Shown one piece after another: positions 19,135 to 29,581 of a DNA stretch of 59,365 nt (positions within the stretch are counted from its first letter, which is position 1; the number at the start of each line of letters is the position of its first letter). Both the position numbers and the translations under genes were made by a program. Under the pieces are notes generated by a model, which saw nothing but the letters and a program-made list of their open reading frames with translations, was not told where the DNA came from and made no database searches. This stretch comes from Mucilaginibacter sp. (lineage in GTDB: Bacteria; Bacteroidota; Bacteroidia; Sphingobacteriales; Sphingobacteriaceae). The stretch spans positions 1 through 59,365 of the forward strand of contig JAESTD010000086.1 in the NCBI GenBank assembly GCA_016763755.1. Direction: 5' to 3'.

Positions 19135-21534
19135 ATGAAAATTTCATACAACTGGCTTAAAGAGTTTATTGATACCGAAAAATCTCCTGAGGAGATCTCA
19201 AAAATATTAACGGGTACCGGCTTAGAGGTGGAAAGCCTTGAGAAGGTGCAGGCTATAGCAGGCGGTTTAGAAGGCCTGGTGATAGGCTACGTTAAAGAAA
19301 CCACCCAACACCCCAATGCTGACAGGCTTAAAGTTACTAAAGTTGATGTTGGCGGCGCTGAAGACCTGCAAATTGTTTGCGGTGCAAGCAACGTTGCTGC
19401 GGGCCAAAAAGTGGTTGTGGCTACAGTGGGTACCATGGTGCACCCATCAACCGGCGAACCTTTTAAGATCAACAAATCAAAAATACGTGGCGAGGTTTCT
19501 GAGGGCATGATATGTGCCGAGGATGAGATAGGTCTTGGTCATAGCCACGAAGGTATTATGGTGCTTGACGCCGATGTACCCGTAGGTAAACTGGCTAAAG
19601 AGCATTTCAACGTGCAGGACGATTATATGTACGAGATAGGCCTTACGCCTAACCGTGCCGATGCGGCATCGCACCTGGGTACGGCCCGCGATATTGCTGC
19701 CTTCCTGAAGATAGCGGTGAAAAAGCCGGATGTATCGGCATTTAAGATAGATAACAACGACCTGAAAATTGAGGTAGTGGTGGAGAACGAACAGGCAAGC
19801 CCGCGTTACTCTGGTGTTACTATTTCAGGTTTAGAGATAAAAGAATCACCGGATTGGTTGAAGGAACGCTTAGCCGTTATCGGCGTGCGTGCTATCAACA
19901 ATGTGGTGGATGTTACCAACTATGTATTGCATGAGTTAGGTCAGCCCCTGCATGCTTTTGATGCCGCTGCTATCGCTGGCGGTAAAGTGATCGTGAAGAA
20001 TGTTGCTGATGGTACCATCTTCAAAACATTGGATGATGTGGATAGAAAGCTATCTGCCGATGACCTGATGATCTGCAACGCTGATGAGCCGATGTGTATT
20101 GCCGGTGTATTTGGTGGTGCAAAATCCGGCGTTACCGAGGGTACAAAAGCAATCTTCCTGGAGAGTGCTTACTTCAATTCGGTATCGGTGCGTAAAACGG
20201 CTAAGCGCCACGGCTTAAAAACCGATGCTTCCTTCCGTTTTGAGCGAGGTACTGATCCCGATATGACTGTGTTTGCTTTGAAGCGTGCTGCACTGTTAAT
20301 TCAGCAAGTTGCAGGCGGGCAGGTATCGTCAGAGATATTCGACCATTACCCGGCACCTGTTGCGCCGTTTGATGTTGAGGTGACCTTTAAAAATATCGAT
20401 CGCCTGATTGGTAAAGCCATCGGTAATGATACCATTAAAAGCATTTTGACTTCGCTGGATATCGCCATCGTTAACGAAACTGCCGAAGGCCTGTCATTAA
20501 AAGTGCCGCCTTACCGCGTGGATGTTACCCGCGAGGTGGATGTGATTGAGGAGATTTTGCGCCTTTACGGTTATAATAATATCGAGATCCCTACGCAGAT
20601 TCGCGCGTCGTTAAATACCTCTCAGCGCCCGGAGAAAGATACTGTACAGAACGCGATATCTGATCTGCTGAGCGCTAACGGGTTTAACGAGATGCTGGCT
20701 AACTCGCTTACTAAACTGGCTTATTCTGATAAACCGGAAACTGCAGTTAAAATAGTGAACCCGCTAAGCAGCGACCTGGATGCCATGCGCCAAACGCTTC
20801 TGTATTGTGGTTTGGAAGCCATCGCCTACAACCAAAACCGAAAAAGCCCCGATCTTAAATTTTATGAGTTCGGAAAAGTTTACGCTACCAAAGAGGATAA
20901 GTATGTAGAAACGCAGCGTTTCTCCGTATTTATTACCGGTAATGATGCTGCCGAGCAATGGAATCAAAAGCAAAAGCAGGTATCGTTTTTCAACATCAAA
21001 GCTATTGTTGATGGTATTTTGCAACGCCTAAAGATCACGGATTACGTGGTTGAGGATGCTACTTGCAGCAAACTGGCTTACGGCCTGCAATACACACTTA
21101 ACGGCAAGCAACTGGTTAAATTCGGTGCCGTAGCAAAAGATGCATTAAAGAAAGTAGACCTGGATAAAGAGGTTTTTTATGCCGATTTCAACTTCGATAT
21201 CGTATTGAACGCTGTTCGTAAGAACGTGATCGTTTACCAGGAAGTATCGAAATTCCCTGCCGTGCGCCGCGATTTGAGTATGTTGGTGGATACTGCCGTT
21301 ACTTTTGGACAATTGAAGCAGATATCACAACGTGCTGATAAGAAGTTGTTGAAAGATATCAGCGTGTTTGACGTTTACCAGGGTGATAAACTGCCTGCCG
21401 GTAAAAAATCATATGCTTTAAGTTTCATCCTGCAAGACACCGAAAAAACTTTAACAGACAAAGCTATCGACGCCATCATGCAGAAAATTATTTATAATTT
21501 AGGCAAAGAAGCAGGAGCAGAGATAAGGAAGTAA
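19135..21534 (+). CDS. pheT: Phenylalanine--tRNA ligase beta subunit
   Basis: 799 aa; MKISYNWL, HPNADRL, TPNRADAAS, RFERG, C-terminal FPAVRRDLS anticodon-binding domain. Confidence 0.98.
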   Translation: MKISYNWLKEFIDTEKSPEEISKILTGTGLEVESLEKVQAIAGGLEGLVIGYVKETTQHPNADRLKVTKVDVGGAEDLQIVCGASNVAAGQKVVVATVGTMVHPSTGEPFKINKSKIRGEVSEGMICAEDEIGLGHSHEGIMVLDADVPVGKLAKEHFNVQDDYMYEIGLTPNRADAASHLGTARDIAAFLKIAVKKPDVSAFKIDNNDLKIEVVVENEQASPRYSGVTISGLEIKESPDWLKERLAVIGVRAINNVVDVTNYVLHELGQPLHAFDAAAIAGGKVIVKNVADGTIFKTLDDVDRKLSADDLMICNADEPMCIAGVFGGAKSGVTEGTKAIFLESAYFNSVSVRKTAKRHGLKTDASFRFERGTDPDMTVFALKRAALLIQQVAGGQVSSEIFDHYPAPVAPFDVEVTFKNIDRLIGKAIGNDTIKSILTSLDIAIVNETAEGLSLKVPPYRVDVTREVDVIEEILRLYGYNNIEIPTQIRASLNTSQRPEKDTVQNAISDLLSANGFNEMLANSLTKLAYSDKPETAVKIVNPLSSDLDAMRQTLLYCGLEAIAYNQNRKSPDLKFYEFGKVYATKEDKYVETQRFSVFITGNDAAEQWNQKQKQVSFFNIKAIVDGILQRLKITDYVVEDATCSKLAYGLQYTLNGKQLVKFGAVAKDALKKVDLDKEVFYADFNFDIVLNAVRKNVIVYQEVSKFPAVRRDLSMLVDTAVTFGQLKQISQRADKKLLKDISVFDVYQGDKLPAGKKSYALSFILQDTEKTLTDKAIDAIMQKIIYNLGKEAGAEIRK

Positions 21535-21679
21535 GGAGTGGATAGTTGATTGGGTGTGTAGTTAAGTGGTTAAAAAAAACCAACCCGATCAAGGCAGATA
21601 GTTGAAAAAGTAGAATAGAGGATTAAGAGATCAGAGGAAAACCACTCACCTGATCAACTTAATTAACCAATAACCAAGC

Positions 21680-21970
21680 ATGGCTTCAGTAGCTGACCAA
21701 CTAAATACCGTTGTAGAAAAAACCGAAAGGCTAATAGAGCTTTGCTCGGCTTTGCAGGAAGAGAATGACCTGCTGAAGCTGGAAAGCGAGGCACTAAGCG
21801 TTGCCCTTAAGACCAGTATCAACAAGACAAAAGAACTGGAAGAGAAGCTTCGTGTATTGAAGTTGGCAAAGTCGTTTTCAGAAACAAATGAAAAAAGTGT
21901 TGACATTAAGCAAAAAATTAACGACTTTGTGCAGGAAATAGATAAGTGTATTGTATTGCTTAAAAAGTAA
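21680..21970 (+). CDS. ZapB-like coiled-coil protein
   Basis: 96 aa coiled coil between pheT and zapA (conserved synteny); ends EIDKCIVLL. Confidence 0.75.
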   Translation: MASVADQLNTVVEKTERLIELCSALQEENDLLKLESEALSVALKTSINKTKELEEKLRVLKLAKSFSETNEKSVDIKQKINDFVQEIDKCIVLLKK

Positions 21971-21991
21971 TACAGAAAGTGAAAAGCTCAA

Positions 21992-22285
21992 ATGGGAGAA
22001 ATCTCAATAAAAATAAATATTGCTGACAGAGTTTACCCGCTAAAGGTAAACATGGAAGAGGAAGAGATAATAAGAAGGGCAGCAAAGCTGATCAACGACC
22101 GTATAAAGGAATATCAGGAAAATTATGCGGTAAGGGATAAACAGGATCTGTTATCAATGTGTGTGCTGCACTACGCAACATCATCATTAAAAGCAGATAA
22201 AAAGGTAAGCACGGAAGATACCGAGGTTGCCGAAAAGGTTTACCAGTTAGATCATTTGCTAAACGACTTTTTTTCGAAACAATAA
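21992..22285 (+). CDS. zapA: Cell division protein ZapA
   Basis: SIKINIADRVYPLKV..EEEIIRRAAKLIN..DKQDLLSM. Confidence 0.92.
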   Translation: MGEISIKINIADRVYPLKVNMEEEEIIRRAAKLINDRIKEYQENYAVRDKQDLLSMCVLHYATSSLKADKKVSTEDTEVAEKVYQLDHLLNDFFSKQ

Positions 22286-22297
22286 CGTTCTTTTTTT

Positions 22298-22366
22298 AAG
22301 TTAAAAGTCAAAAGTTAAAAGTCAAAAGTGAGCAACTTTCGATTTTGGACTTTCGACCCAAGACTT
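22298..22366. repeat. Mirrored 7-nt tandem repeat (AAAAGTY)n / (GACTTTy)
   Basis: aagttaaaagtcaaaagttaaaagtcaaaagt ... actttcgattttggactttcgac. Confidence 0.65.
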
Positions 22367-22388
22367 CATTTTATGAGCATTAAGATTT

Positions 22389-22555
22389 AACCGCAGTTAA
22401 ATTTTAAGTTTTCACTATTAAAAACTTAACGCTTCAATATCTTCGGATTAAAAAGAGGCATGCGTTGATCGTGAATTTTAACGGTAACCCGTGATCCGAT
22501 ACATCCGACAAGAAGTTTTAACAATACATGAACACTTAGAAGTTTAGTTGCGGTT
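22389..22555 (+). ncRNA. ssrS: 6S RNA (SsrS)
   Basis: Canonical position between zapA and rny; ~167 nt with a closing stem AACCGCAGTTAAA / TTTAGTTGCGGTT, nested complementary blocks (AAAACTT/AAGTTTT, TCGGAT/ATCCGA) and a following T-run. Confidence 0.8.
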
Positions 22556-22580
22556 TTTTTATTATATAACCTAAAGAAGA

Positions 22581-24146
22581 ATGAATAGTATATTATATGT
22601 AATTATCGGGGTGCTGTGCGGCGTCCCCACAGGGATAGTCATAGGGCGTTTCCTGCTACGCAAGTTGTTTAAAGACCAGGAAGTAGCAGCTCAAAATAAA
22701 GTAAAGAAGATCTTAAAAGATGCTGAGAACAATGCGGAGATCTTGAAAAAGAACCGTTTGTTAGAAGCAAAAGAGAAGTTCCTGCAGCTTAAAGCCGAGC
22801 ACGAGCAAGAAGTTAATGCCAAAAACAACACGCTTAACCAGCGCGAAAACGGCATCAAACAAAAAGAGCAATCGTACAACCAGAAATTGGAGAACATCAA
22901 CCGTAAGGAGACTGAACTGGACGGTGTACGCAAAAAGCTGGAAACCCAAACCGATATTGTTGTTAAAAAGCAAGAAGAGGTTGAGCACCTTAAAAACCAG
23001 CACGTAGCACAGCTGTAAACCATTGCCGGTCTTAGTGCCGAGGATGCTAAAAACCAATTAGTTGATAACCTGCGCGAGGAAGCCCGCAGCAAGGCAATGG
23101 CACAAATAAAAGACATTGTAGACGAAGCTAAACTTACGGCTAATAAAGAGGCTAAGAAAATAGTTATCCAAACCATATAGCGCACCGCTACAGAAGCCGC
23201 TATAGAGAATACGGTATCTATCTTTAATATCGAGAATGATGAGATCAAAGGCCGTATCATTGGTCGTGAAGGTAGAAACATCCGCGCGCTTGAAGCAGCT
23301 ACCGGCATCGAGATCATTGTTGATGATACACCAGAGGCAATTATCCTTTCGGGTTTTGACCCGGTAAGGCGCGAGATAGCCCGTTTAGCAATGCACCGTT
23401 TAGTTACTGATGGTCGTATTCACCCGGCCCGCATTGAGGAAGTGGTTGCCAAAACCAAAAAGCAGATAGAAGAAGAAATTGTAGAGATAGGCGAGCGCAC
23501 TGTTATCGATCTTGGTATTAACGGTCTTCACCCGGAGTTGATCCGTATGGTAGGTCGTATGCGTTATCGTTCATCTTACGGGCGAAACCTGTTGCAGCAC
23601 TCGCGCGAGGTGGCAAACTTCTGTGCTACCATGGCAGCAGAGTTGGGCCTTAACGTAAAGCTTGCAAAACGCGCAGGCTTACTACATGATATTGGTAAAG
23701 TGCCTGATGATAACCCAGAGCTGCCACACGCAATTTTGGGTATGCAACTGGCCGAAAAATATAAAGAACACCCTGAAGTGTGTAACGCCATCGGCGCTCA
23801 CCACGATGAGGTAGAGATGACGTCGATGTTATCACCGATAATCCAGGTGTGTGACGCTATTTCAGGCGCAAGGCCGGGTGCACGCCGCTAGGTGGTAGAA
23901 AGTTACATCAAACGCTTAAAAGAGCTTGAGGACTTAGCATTATCATACCCTGGTGTAGAAAAAACATTCGCTATACAGGCAGGTCGCGAGCTGCGCGTTG
24001 TAGTAGAGAGCGAAAAAATATCAGATGCACAATCAGAAGTATTGGCAGCAGATATCTCAAACCGTATCCAAACCGAAATGACCTACCCTGGCCAGATCAA
24101 GGTTACCGTTATTCGCGAGACCCGTTCTGTGGCATTCGCGAAATAA
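22581..24146 (+). pseudogene. rny: Ribonuclease Y, interrupted as sequenced by three in-frame stops
   Basis: 522-codon frame: TM, coiled coil, KH ([13 protein letters not shown]), HD (LLHDIGK). Stops: TAA 23016-18, TAG 23178-80, TAG 23889-91. Confidence 0.93.
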
Positions 24147-24164
24147 TTTTAATAATTTTGCATC

Positions 24165-24195
24165 AGCCCTCTCTGTAAAAGGTGAGGGCTTTTTT
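24165..24195 (+). terminator. Terminator after rny
   Basis: AGCCCTC...GAGGGCT plus T-run. Confidence 0.7.
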
Positions 24196-24205
24196 GTTTT
24201 TATAC

Positions 24206-24745
24206 ATGGGAAAGCAACACCACAAATATTCAACCCCCGCTAAACCAAAGCAGGAAGACCAACGTCCTGTTGAAGTTATTTTTGCCCGATTGGATGCCAG
24301 TCATCAAAACCAAACCAATCAATTGCTGCATTACATTTTCGTGCCGCTGATGGTATTAGGGATATTGGGCATGGCCTGGGCCTTGCCTTTCCCCGAGATA
24401 GGTTTTTTAAAGGCTTATAAAGGCTATTTTAACTGGGCATCATTCATTATTGCTATTGCAGTATATTATTATCTTAAACAGTCTCCAATGCTGTCGTATC
24501 TGATGCTTTTCCTGATGTTCGGTTTCAGTTACATCATTATGCAGTTTGAAATATGGGAAAAAGCAGGCGGGCCAGCCTTGGGTTTAATAAGCGTAGGTAT
24601 TTTAATGCTATCGTTATTAGGCCAATACGTAGGCGGCAGAATAGAAGGCAAGGAGCAATCTTTTAACGACGACAGCAAACTATTTTATGTTACCCCGCTA
24701 TGGGTGATGTACCGTTTGGCGAGGAAAATAAAGTTGAAGTATTAA
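24206..24745 (+). CDS. Mpo1/DUF962-like membrane protein
   Basis: SHQNQTNQLLHYIFVP and QYVGGRIEGK patterns; ATG at 24206. Confidence 0.75.
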   Translation: MGKQHHKYSTPAKPKQEDQRPVEVIFARLDASHQNQTNQLLHYIFVPLMVLGILGMAWALPFPEIGFLKAYKGYFNWASFIIAIAVYYYLKQSPMLSYLMLFLMFGFSYIIMQFEIWEKAGGPALGLISVGILMLSLLGQYVGGRIEGKEQSFNDDSKLFYVTPLWVMYRLARKIKLKY

Positions 24746-24764
24746 AATCCCTCAAGAATGTCAT

Positions 24765-24890
24765 TCATTGCAGTTGGCTTCAGCCAACGGTTGCGAAAAA
24801 AGTAATTCGGACTTTAGCCCAATAACGTGTGTTTCGGCTAAAGCCATTTCTTGTTTCTTTGATTCCGTTGCCTGAAGGCAACGACAATGA
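24765..24890. repeat. Family C palindromic repeat
   Basis: tcattgcagttggcttcagccaacgg ... ctttagcc..ggctaaag ... ccgttgcctgaaggcaacgacaatga; second copy at 53730. Confidence 0.8.
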
Positions 24891-24917
24891 TTTAGGATGG
24901 TTAATTTTTTGAGTCGA

Positions 24918-25811
24918 CTAAAACTCAAACCTCTCCTTCATCCCCAGCAAACCCCAAACGCCACCGGTGTGGATAACCAGTATTTTACTACCCCTGGCGA
25001 AGTGGCTTTTAGCTACCAGATCATATAAAGCGTACAGCATTTTGCCGGTATACACAGGGTCTATCAAAATACCCGTTTCAGTGATGAATGTCTTAATAAA
25101 ATCGACCAGCTCCGGTGTAGTTTTGCCGTATCCACCGAAATGATAGTCAGTGTGTAACTTGTACTCAGCAGACTTAGTTAGCATCCTATCGATATCTTTT
25201 CTCAAAAAATCGCCGCCTTTTAAGACCGGTACGCCATTGAAAATAGTTGGCAACTTATGGTTGGTTAAACCGCTAACAATACCTGCTGCGGTTGTCCCGG
25301 TTCCGCAGGCGCAAAAGATATGATCGTAGGTTTCAGGTAGTTCATCGATCAGTTCGGCAACGCCTTGTGCTCCCTCGTTTGATGCGCCACCTTCATCAAT
25401 AAAGAAAGCGTCGTTATCATCTCCAAAATGTTTTTTAAACAAGGCCTGCTTATCGCGATAACTTTCCCTATCGGTGAAAATGAGTTCCATGCCATGCAGG
25501 CGGCACATAAACAGCGTATCGTTACTCACTTCTTCGCCGCGCATAAAGCCTGTTGCTTTAAAGCCAAATTTAGCTGCCGCCGCTGCCGTAGCCATTAAAT
25601 GGTTGGAGTATGCCCCGCCGAAGGTGATTAGGTGATGCTTGCCTTGTCTCTCGGCCTCTTGCAGCGTATATTTCAGTTTTCTCCATTTATTGCCAGATAT
25701 AATGGGGTGGATCAGATCGTCCCGTTTGATATAAACCTGCAGGCCTTTGTCGACAAAAAGCTGGTTTTGCAGTTGCTGTACAGGGCTGTATATATCCAGG
25801 CTGATATCCAT
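24918..25811 (-). CDS. ACC deaminase / D-cysteine desulfhydrase family PLP enzyme
   Basis: KRDDLIHPIISGNKWRKL, GGAYSNH, ACGTGTTAAG, DPVYTGK. Confidence 0.9.
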   Translation of the reverse strand: MDISLDIYSPVQQLQNQLFVDKGLQVYIKRDDLIHPIISGNKWRKLKYTLQEAERQGKHHLITFGGAYSNHLMATAAAAAKFGFKATGFMRGEEVSNDTLFMCRLHGMELIFTDRESYRDKQALFKKHFGDDNDAFFIDEGGASNEGAQGVAELIDELPETYDHIFCACGTGTTAAGIVSGLTNHKLPTIFNGVPVLKGGDFLRKDIDRMLTKSAEYKLHTDYHFGGYGKTTPELVDFIKTFITETGILIDPVYTGKMLYALYDLVAKSHFARGSKILVIHTGGVWGLLGMKERFEF

Positions 25812-25856
25812 TGTGCAAACTTATAAAGTTATCCCGATTTAACTTACTTTTGCCGA

Positions 25857-26894
25857 ATGACGGACGATAACCTGATTATTGAAAGTGACGAGCAGGACTT
25901 ATTTGAGCACCTGCGCATTGTGGTTGATAAAGGGCAATCGTTATTGCGTATTGATAAATTTTTGATGCATCGCGTTGAGAACGCATCGCGCAACCGCATA
26001 CAAACCGCTATTGAGGCTGATAACGTACTGGTAAATGATAAACCTATCAAAGCCAGCTATAAGGTGAAGCCACAGGACGTAATATCAGTAGTATTACCAC
26101 ATCCTCCGCGAGATACCGAAGTATATCCTGAAAACATCCCGCTGGACATTGTTCACGAAGATGATGACGTATTGGTGGTAAACAAGCCTGCGGGTTTGGT
26201 AGTGCATCCCGGCTATAATAATTACACGGGCACGCTGGTGAATGGTTTGGTTTACCACTTTCAGCAATTACCAACCCTGCCGGGCAATGATGGCCGCCCT
26301 GGATTGGTGCACCGGATTGATAAAGATACCAGCGGCCTGCTGCTCATCAGCAAGAACGAGCGCAGTATGAATTACCTGGCCAAGCAGTTTTTTGACCATA
26401 CCATTAACCGCCGTTACCTGGCACTCGTTTGGGGCGATATCGCCGAAGATGGCACCGTTACAGGTTACATTGGCCGTAGCCCTAACGACAGGCGTGTAAT
26501 GTCGATATATGATGACCCCGAAAAGGGCAAATGGGCGGTAACGCATTACAAGGTGCTGGAGCGCATGGGCTATGTAACCCTGATAGAGTGTAAGCTGGAA
26601 ACGGGTCGTACACATCAGATCCGCGCACACATGAAACATATTGGTCATCCGCTGTTTAGCGATGCCATGTATGGCGGTGATAAGATATTGAAAGGTACAG
26701 TGTTCAATAAATACCGCCAGTTTGTTGATAATTGTTTTGAGGTGATGCCAAGGCAGGCCCTGCATGCGCAGTCGCTGGGGTTTGTGCATCCGTCTAAGAA
26801 AACAAACATATATTTCGAGGCACCATTACCTGCCGATTTTGAGGGTGTACTGGAGAAATGGCGCAAATACGCGGGTACCGAGAAAGAAGTTTGA
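25857..26894 (+). CDS. rluD: RluA/RluD family 23S rRNA pseudouridine synthase
   Basis: S4 domain, NKPAGLVVHP, HRIDKDTSG, GRTHQIR. Confidence 0.9.
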   Translation: MTDDNLIIESDEQDLFEHLRIVVDKGQSLLRIDKFLMHRVENASRNRIQTAIEADNVLVNDKPIKASYKVKPQDVISVVLPHPPRDTEVYPENIPLDIVHEDDDVLVVNKPAGLVVHPGYNNYTGTLVNGLVYHFQQLPTLPGNDGRPGLVHRIDKDTSGLLLISKNERSMNYLAKQFFDHTINRRYLALVWGDIAEDGTVTGYIGRSPNDRRVMSIYDDPEKGKWAVTHYKVLERMGYVTLIECKLETGRTHQIRAHMKHIGHPLFSDAMYGGDKILKGTVFNKYRQFVDNCFEVMPRQALHAQSLGFVHPSKKTNIYFEAPLPADFEGVLEKWRKYAGTEKEV

Positions 26895-27025
26895 TACAGC
26901 GCGAACAAAAGAATAGATCAGTCGTTTCAAAGCAAATACATTACCCGATAAGTAATTTTTTCTGTTAAAAATTGTTCATATAAATAAAGTTGTCAAACAG
27001 TTCTAATCTCACAACCCGCCTACCT

Positions 27026-27859
27026 ATGCCGGCTTTGATAAATTTTAACGGAGAGCTAATACCAGAGGACAGCAAGCTGTTTACCGCGGCTAATCGTTCT
27101 TTCAGATATGGCGATGGCTTGTTTGAGAGCATGCGGATTATGAAGGGAAAGCTCAAGTTCCCGGAACTGCATGCCGACCGCCTGCAGAAAGGTATGAAAG
27201 CGATGAAGATTGACGGCTACTCGCAAACTGATACCTGGTTCCTGAAAGAAAAAGTGGAAGAACTGGCCCGGCGAAATAAAATAAAACACGGTCGCGCGCG
27301 CTTAACCGTTTTTCGTGATGCAGAAGGTTTGTACACGCCTTCGCAAAACAAGATGGCCTACTGCCTGGAGATCCAGCCGATGGATGAGCCACGTTATTAC
27401 CTGAATGATAAAGGCCTGATAATGGACGTTTACAGCGAACTGAAAAAGCCTTTCAATTTCCTCTCGAATATAAAAACCTGTAACTCGCTCATCTATGTGA
27501 TGGCAGGTCTGTTTAAGCAACAGAACCGTTTGGATGATATTTTCCTTTTGAACGATAGCAGCAATCTGTGTGAGGCAGGCAGCTCCAACATATTTGTGTG
27601 GTACCAAAATCACCTGTACACACCCGCCCTTAGTGAGGGCTGTGTAGAAGGCGTAATGCGCCGCGTAGTGATACAACTGGCCCGCGATAATAATATCCCC
27701 GTTACCGAAGCCCAGATAAATGCCGAGGTACTAAACGAAGCCGACGAAGTTTTTCTGACCAACGCCACCAAAGGTATCCAATGGGTGATGGGTTACGGCG
27801 TTAAACGCTATTTTAACCGCATCAGCAAAGCTTTAATGGATGAGTTGAATAAGTTGTAG
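27026..27859 (+). CDS. Aminotransferase class IV (ADC lyase / D-amino acid aminotransferase-like)
   Basis: NRSFRYGDGLFESMR, IKT, EAGSSNIF, GVMR, EVFLTNA; ATG at 27026 preferred over TTG at 26990. Confidence 0.88.
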   Translation: MPALINFNGELIPEDSKLFTAANRSFRYGDGLFESMRIMKGKLKFPELHADRLQKGMKAMKIDGYSQTDTWFLKEKVEELARRNKIKHGRARLTVFRDAEGLYTPSQNKMAYCLEIQPMDEPRYYLNDKGLIMDVYSELKKPFNFLSNIKTCNSLIYVMAGLFKQQNRLDDIFLLNDSSNLCEAGSSNIFVWYQNHLYTPALSEGCVEGVMRRVVIQLARDNNIPVTEAQINAEVLNEADEVFLTNATKGIQWVMGYGVKRYFNRISKALMDELNKL

Positions 27860-27883
27860 GGAGGCTTTATTATTACTCCGCGC

Positions 27884-27908
27884 GTCATTGCGAGGAACGA
27901 AGCAATCT
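27884..27908. repeat. Family B half-element
   Basis: gtcattgcgaggaacgaagcaatct. Confidence 0.55.
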
Positions 27909-28002
27909 CTTTAGGCAAGCCCACCATTGTTCCGCCTGCTTTCATCCGAAGCTTTTTTGCTGACAAAAAGAGAATAAGTTTTGAAGTACTTACAAGCCAA
28001 TC

Positions 28003-28800
28003 TTAAACCGCTTCCACCACGCTCGCCTTAATGCCTTCCAATATCCCATCCCAAAGATCAATACGGGCTTGCAGGGCTTGTTCTACTGCAATGGTTGCTT
28101 CCTGCCATTTGGTGTCGTCGGTGCCGCAAAGTTCGGCGGTCATTTGGTAGGCGAGGTTGGAGTGGTGGTCGCCATCAACTTCAATATGGCGCTCAAGGTA
28201 GTACACAAAAATATCGAGCTTTCCGGCTGTGTCATTATTCAGCTTTTTTACAATGCTGGTGAAGATTCCCGGGATCAGGTCTTCGCGCCCAAAAGTGAAG
28301 ACTGCGACCTGCAAATGGCTCTTGCCGGTTTCGATCACATCAAAAGTGTGTTCAACAAACTTGCGGGCAGCCTGTGGGATATCCGCTTTATTCAATGCTT
28401 TTTTAACATCACTTTGCACACTCAGCTCTTTAAATAAAGAAACGATGCCCGAGGCATTGGTGCCTGCCTGTTGCATTGCATTCAGGTATATTTCAAAGTG
28501 GCTGGTGCGGTTCCCGTCCTGGTCAACGTCGCTTTCTTCGCCGGTTACAATTTCGTTGATGAGGTAGCGGGTGTTAGCATTACCAATTGGCATCCAGGGC
28601 AACGTAGTGCAGGTAAGGTTTTGCTGCAAAACCTTTAGTAACGACATAAAATCCCACACCGCATAAACATGGTGCTGCATAAACAGGTGCAACTCATCAA
28701 GTGTATTGATATGATCATACAATGCATGGTTTATCAGTTGCTGACGAAGCGGTTCTATTTGCTGTTTTAATGTTGAAATGCGGGGATTGGATGCTAACAT
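28003..28800 (-). CDS. DUF3050 domain protein (heme-oxygenase-like fold)
   Basis: [41 protein letters not shown]; ATG at 28800. Confidence 0.85.
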   Translation of the reverse strand: MLASNPRISTLKQQIEPLRQQLINHALYDHINTLDELHLFMQHHVYAVWDFMSLLKVLQQNLTCTTLPWMPIGNANTRYLINEIVTGEESDVDQDGNRTSHFEIYLNAMQQAGTNASGIVSLFKELSVQSDVKKALNKADIPQAARKFVEHTFDVIETGKSHLQVAVFTFGREDLIPGIFTSIVKKLNNDTAGKLDIFVYYLERHIEVDGDHHSNLAYQMTAELCGTDDTKWQEATIAVEQALQARIDLWDGILEGIKASVVEAV

Positions 28801-28900
28801 AGCCGTATTAATAAAATGTAAAAGTAGGGTTATTAGTGCTAACAAGCCGAACAGTTTCTGCATTATGACGTTTGATTGATAACTAAAACCCAGTCCGCTA

Positions 28901-29575
28901 ATGCTTGCAGAAATACACCCGCCTGATGGCGGATTGATATACACCGAAACCGATCTTCATCATTTTTTTCCCGAGCCTTTTAATATGGTGTCATCAGCAT
29001 TGTTCCTTATCCCGGGGATCTATTGGCTGATAAAAGTGAAGGGTTTTAGCGGGCAATACGCTTTTCTCAGCGTTGCAACATGGTTGTTGCTGATTGGCTG
29101 CGTAGGAAGCACTACTTATCACGGCTTGCGCCGCTGGCCGGTTTTTATAATGATGGATTGGGTGCCCATCGCCATTTTATGTCTTATATCCAGCGTTTAT
29201 TTCTGGATAAAATTCAGCGGGAAAAATTATATTGGAGCGATTGCCCTCCTGGTTTTCCTCGGGTTAACTTTTGGTATCAGAAGGTTTCTGCCTAAGTACG
29301 ACATTCAATTGATGATAAGCCTTAACTACACCATTATGGTGCTTATGATCGTATTGCCATTAATGCTGCTGCTTTGGAAAATGCGCTGGCATAATAGCTG
29401 GCTGGTATTCTGTGCGCTACTTTCATTTGCGTTCGCCATCGGTTTTAGGGTGTATGATAAATATACCTCGCTAAGTATCGGAACACATTTTTTGTGGCAT
29501 ACTTTCGGGGCAATAGCTACCTCGCTGATGTTTGTGTTTATTTACAGGGTGAGTAGGTTGAAGGGATCTGCATAA
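28901..29575 (+). CDS. CREST-superfamily (ceramidase / hemolysin III-like) membrane hydrolase
   Basis: About 7 TM; EPFN, GSTTYH (SxxxH), D, HFLWH (HxxxH). Confidence 0.7.
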   Translation: MLAEIHPPDGGLIYTETDLHHFFPEPFNMVSSALFLIPGIYWLIKVKGFSGQYAFLSVATWLLLIGCVGSTTYHGLRRWPVFIMMDWVPIAILCLISSVYFWIKFSGKNYIGAIALLVFLGLTFGIRRFLPKYDIQLMISLNYTIMVLMIVLPLMLLLWKMRWHNSWLVFCALLSFAFAIGFRVYDKYTSLSIGTHFLWHTFGAIATSLMFVFIYRVSRLKGSA

Positions 29576-29581
29576 TGTGTT

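Noticed and set aside
22691-23317. Long antisense ORFs (e.g. 208 aa opposite rny, 30811-31437 opposite fmt, 12106-12627 opposite dnaN)
   Set aside because: They are shadows of conserved genes, with no recognisable motifs.
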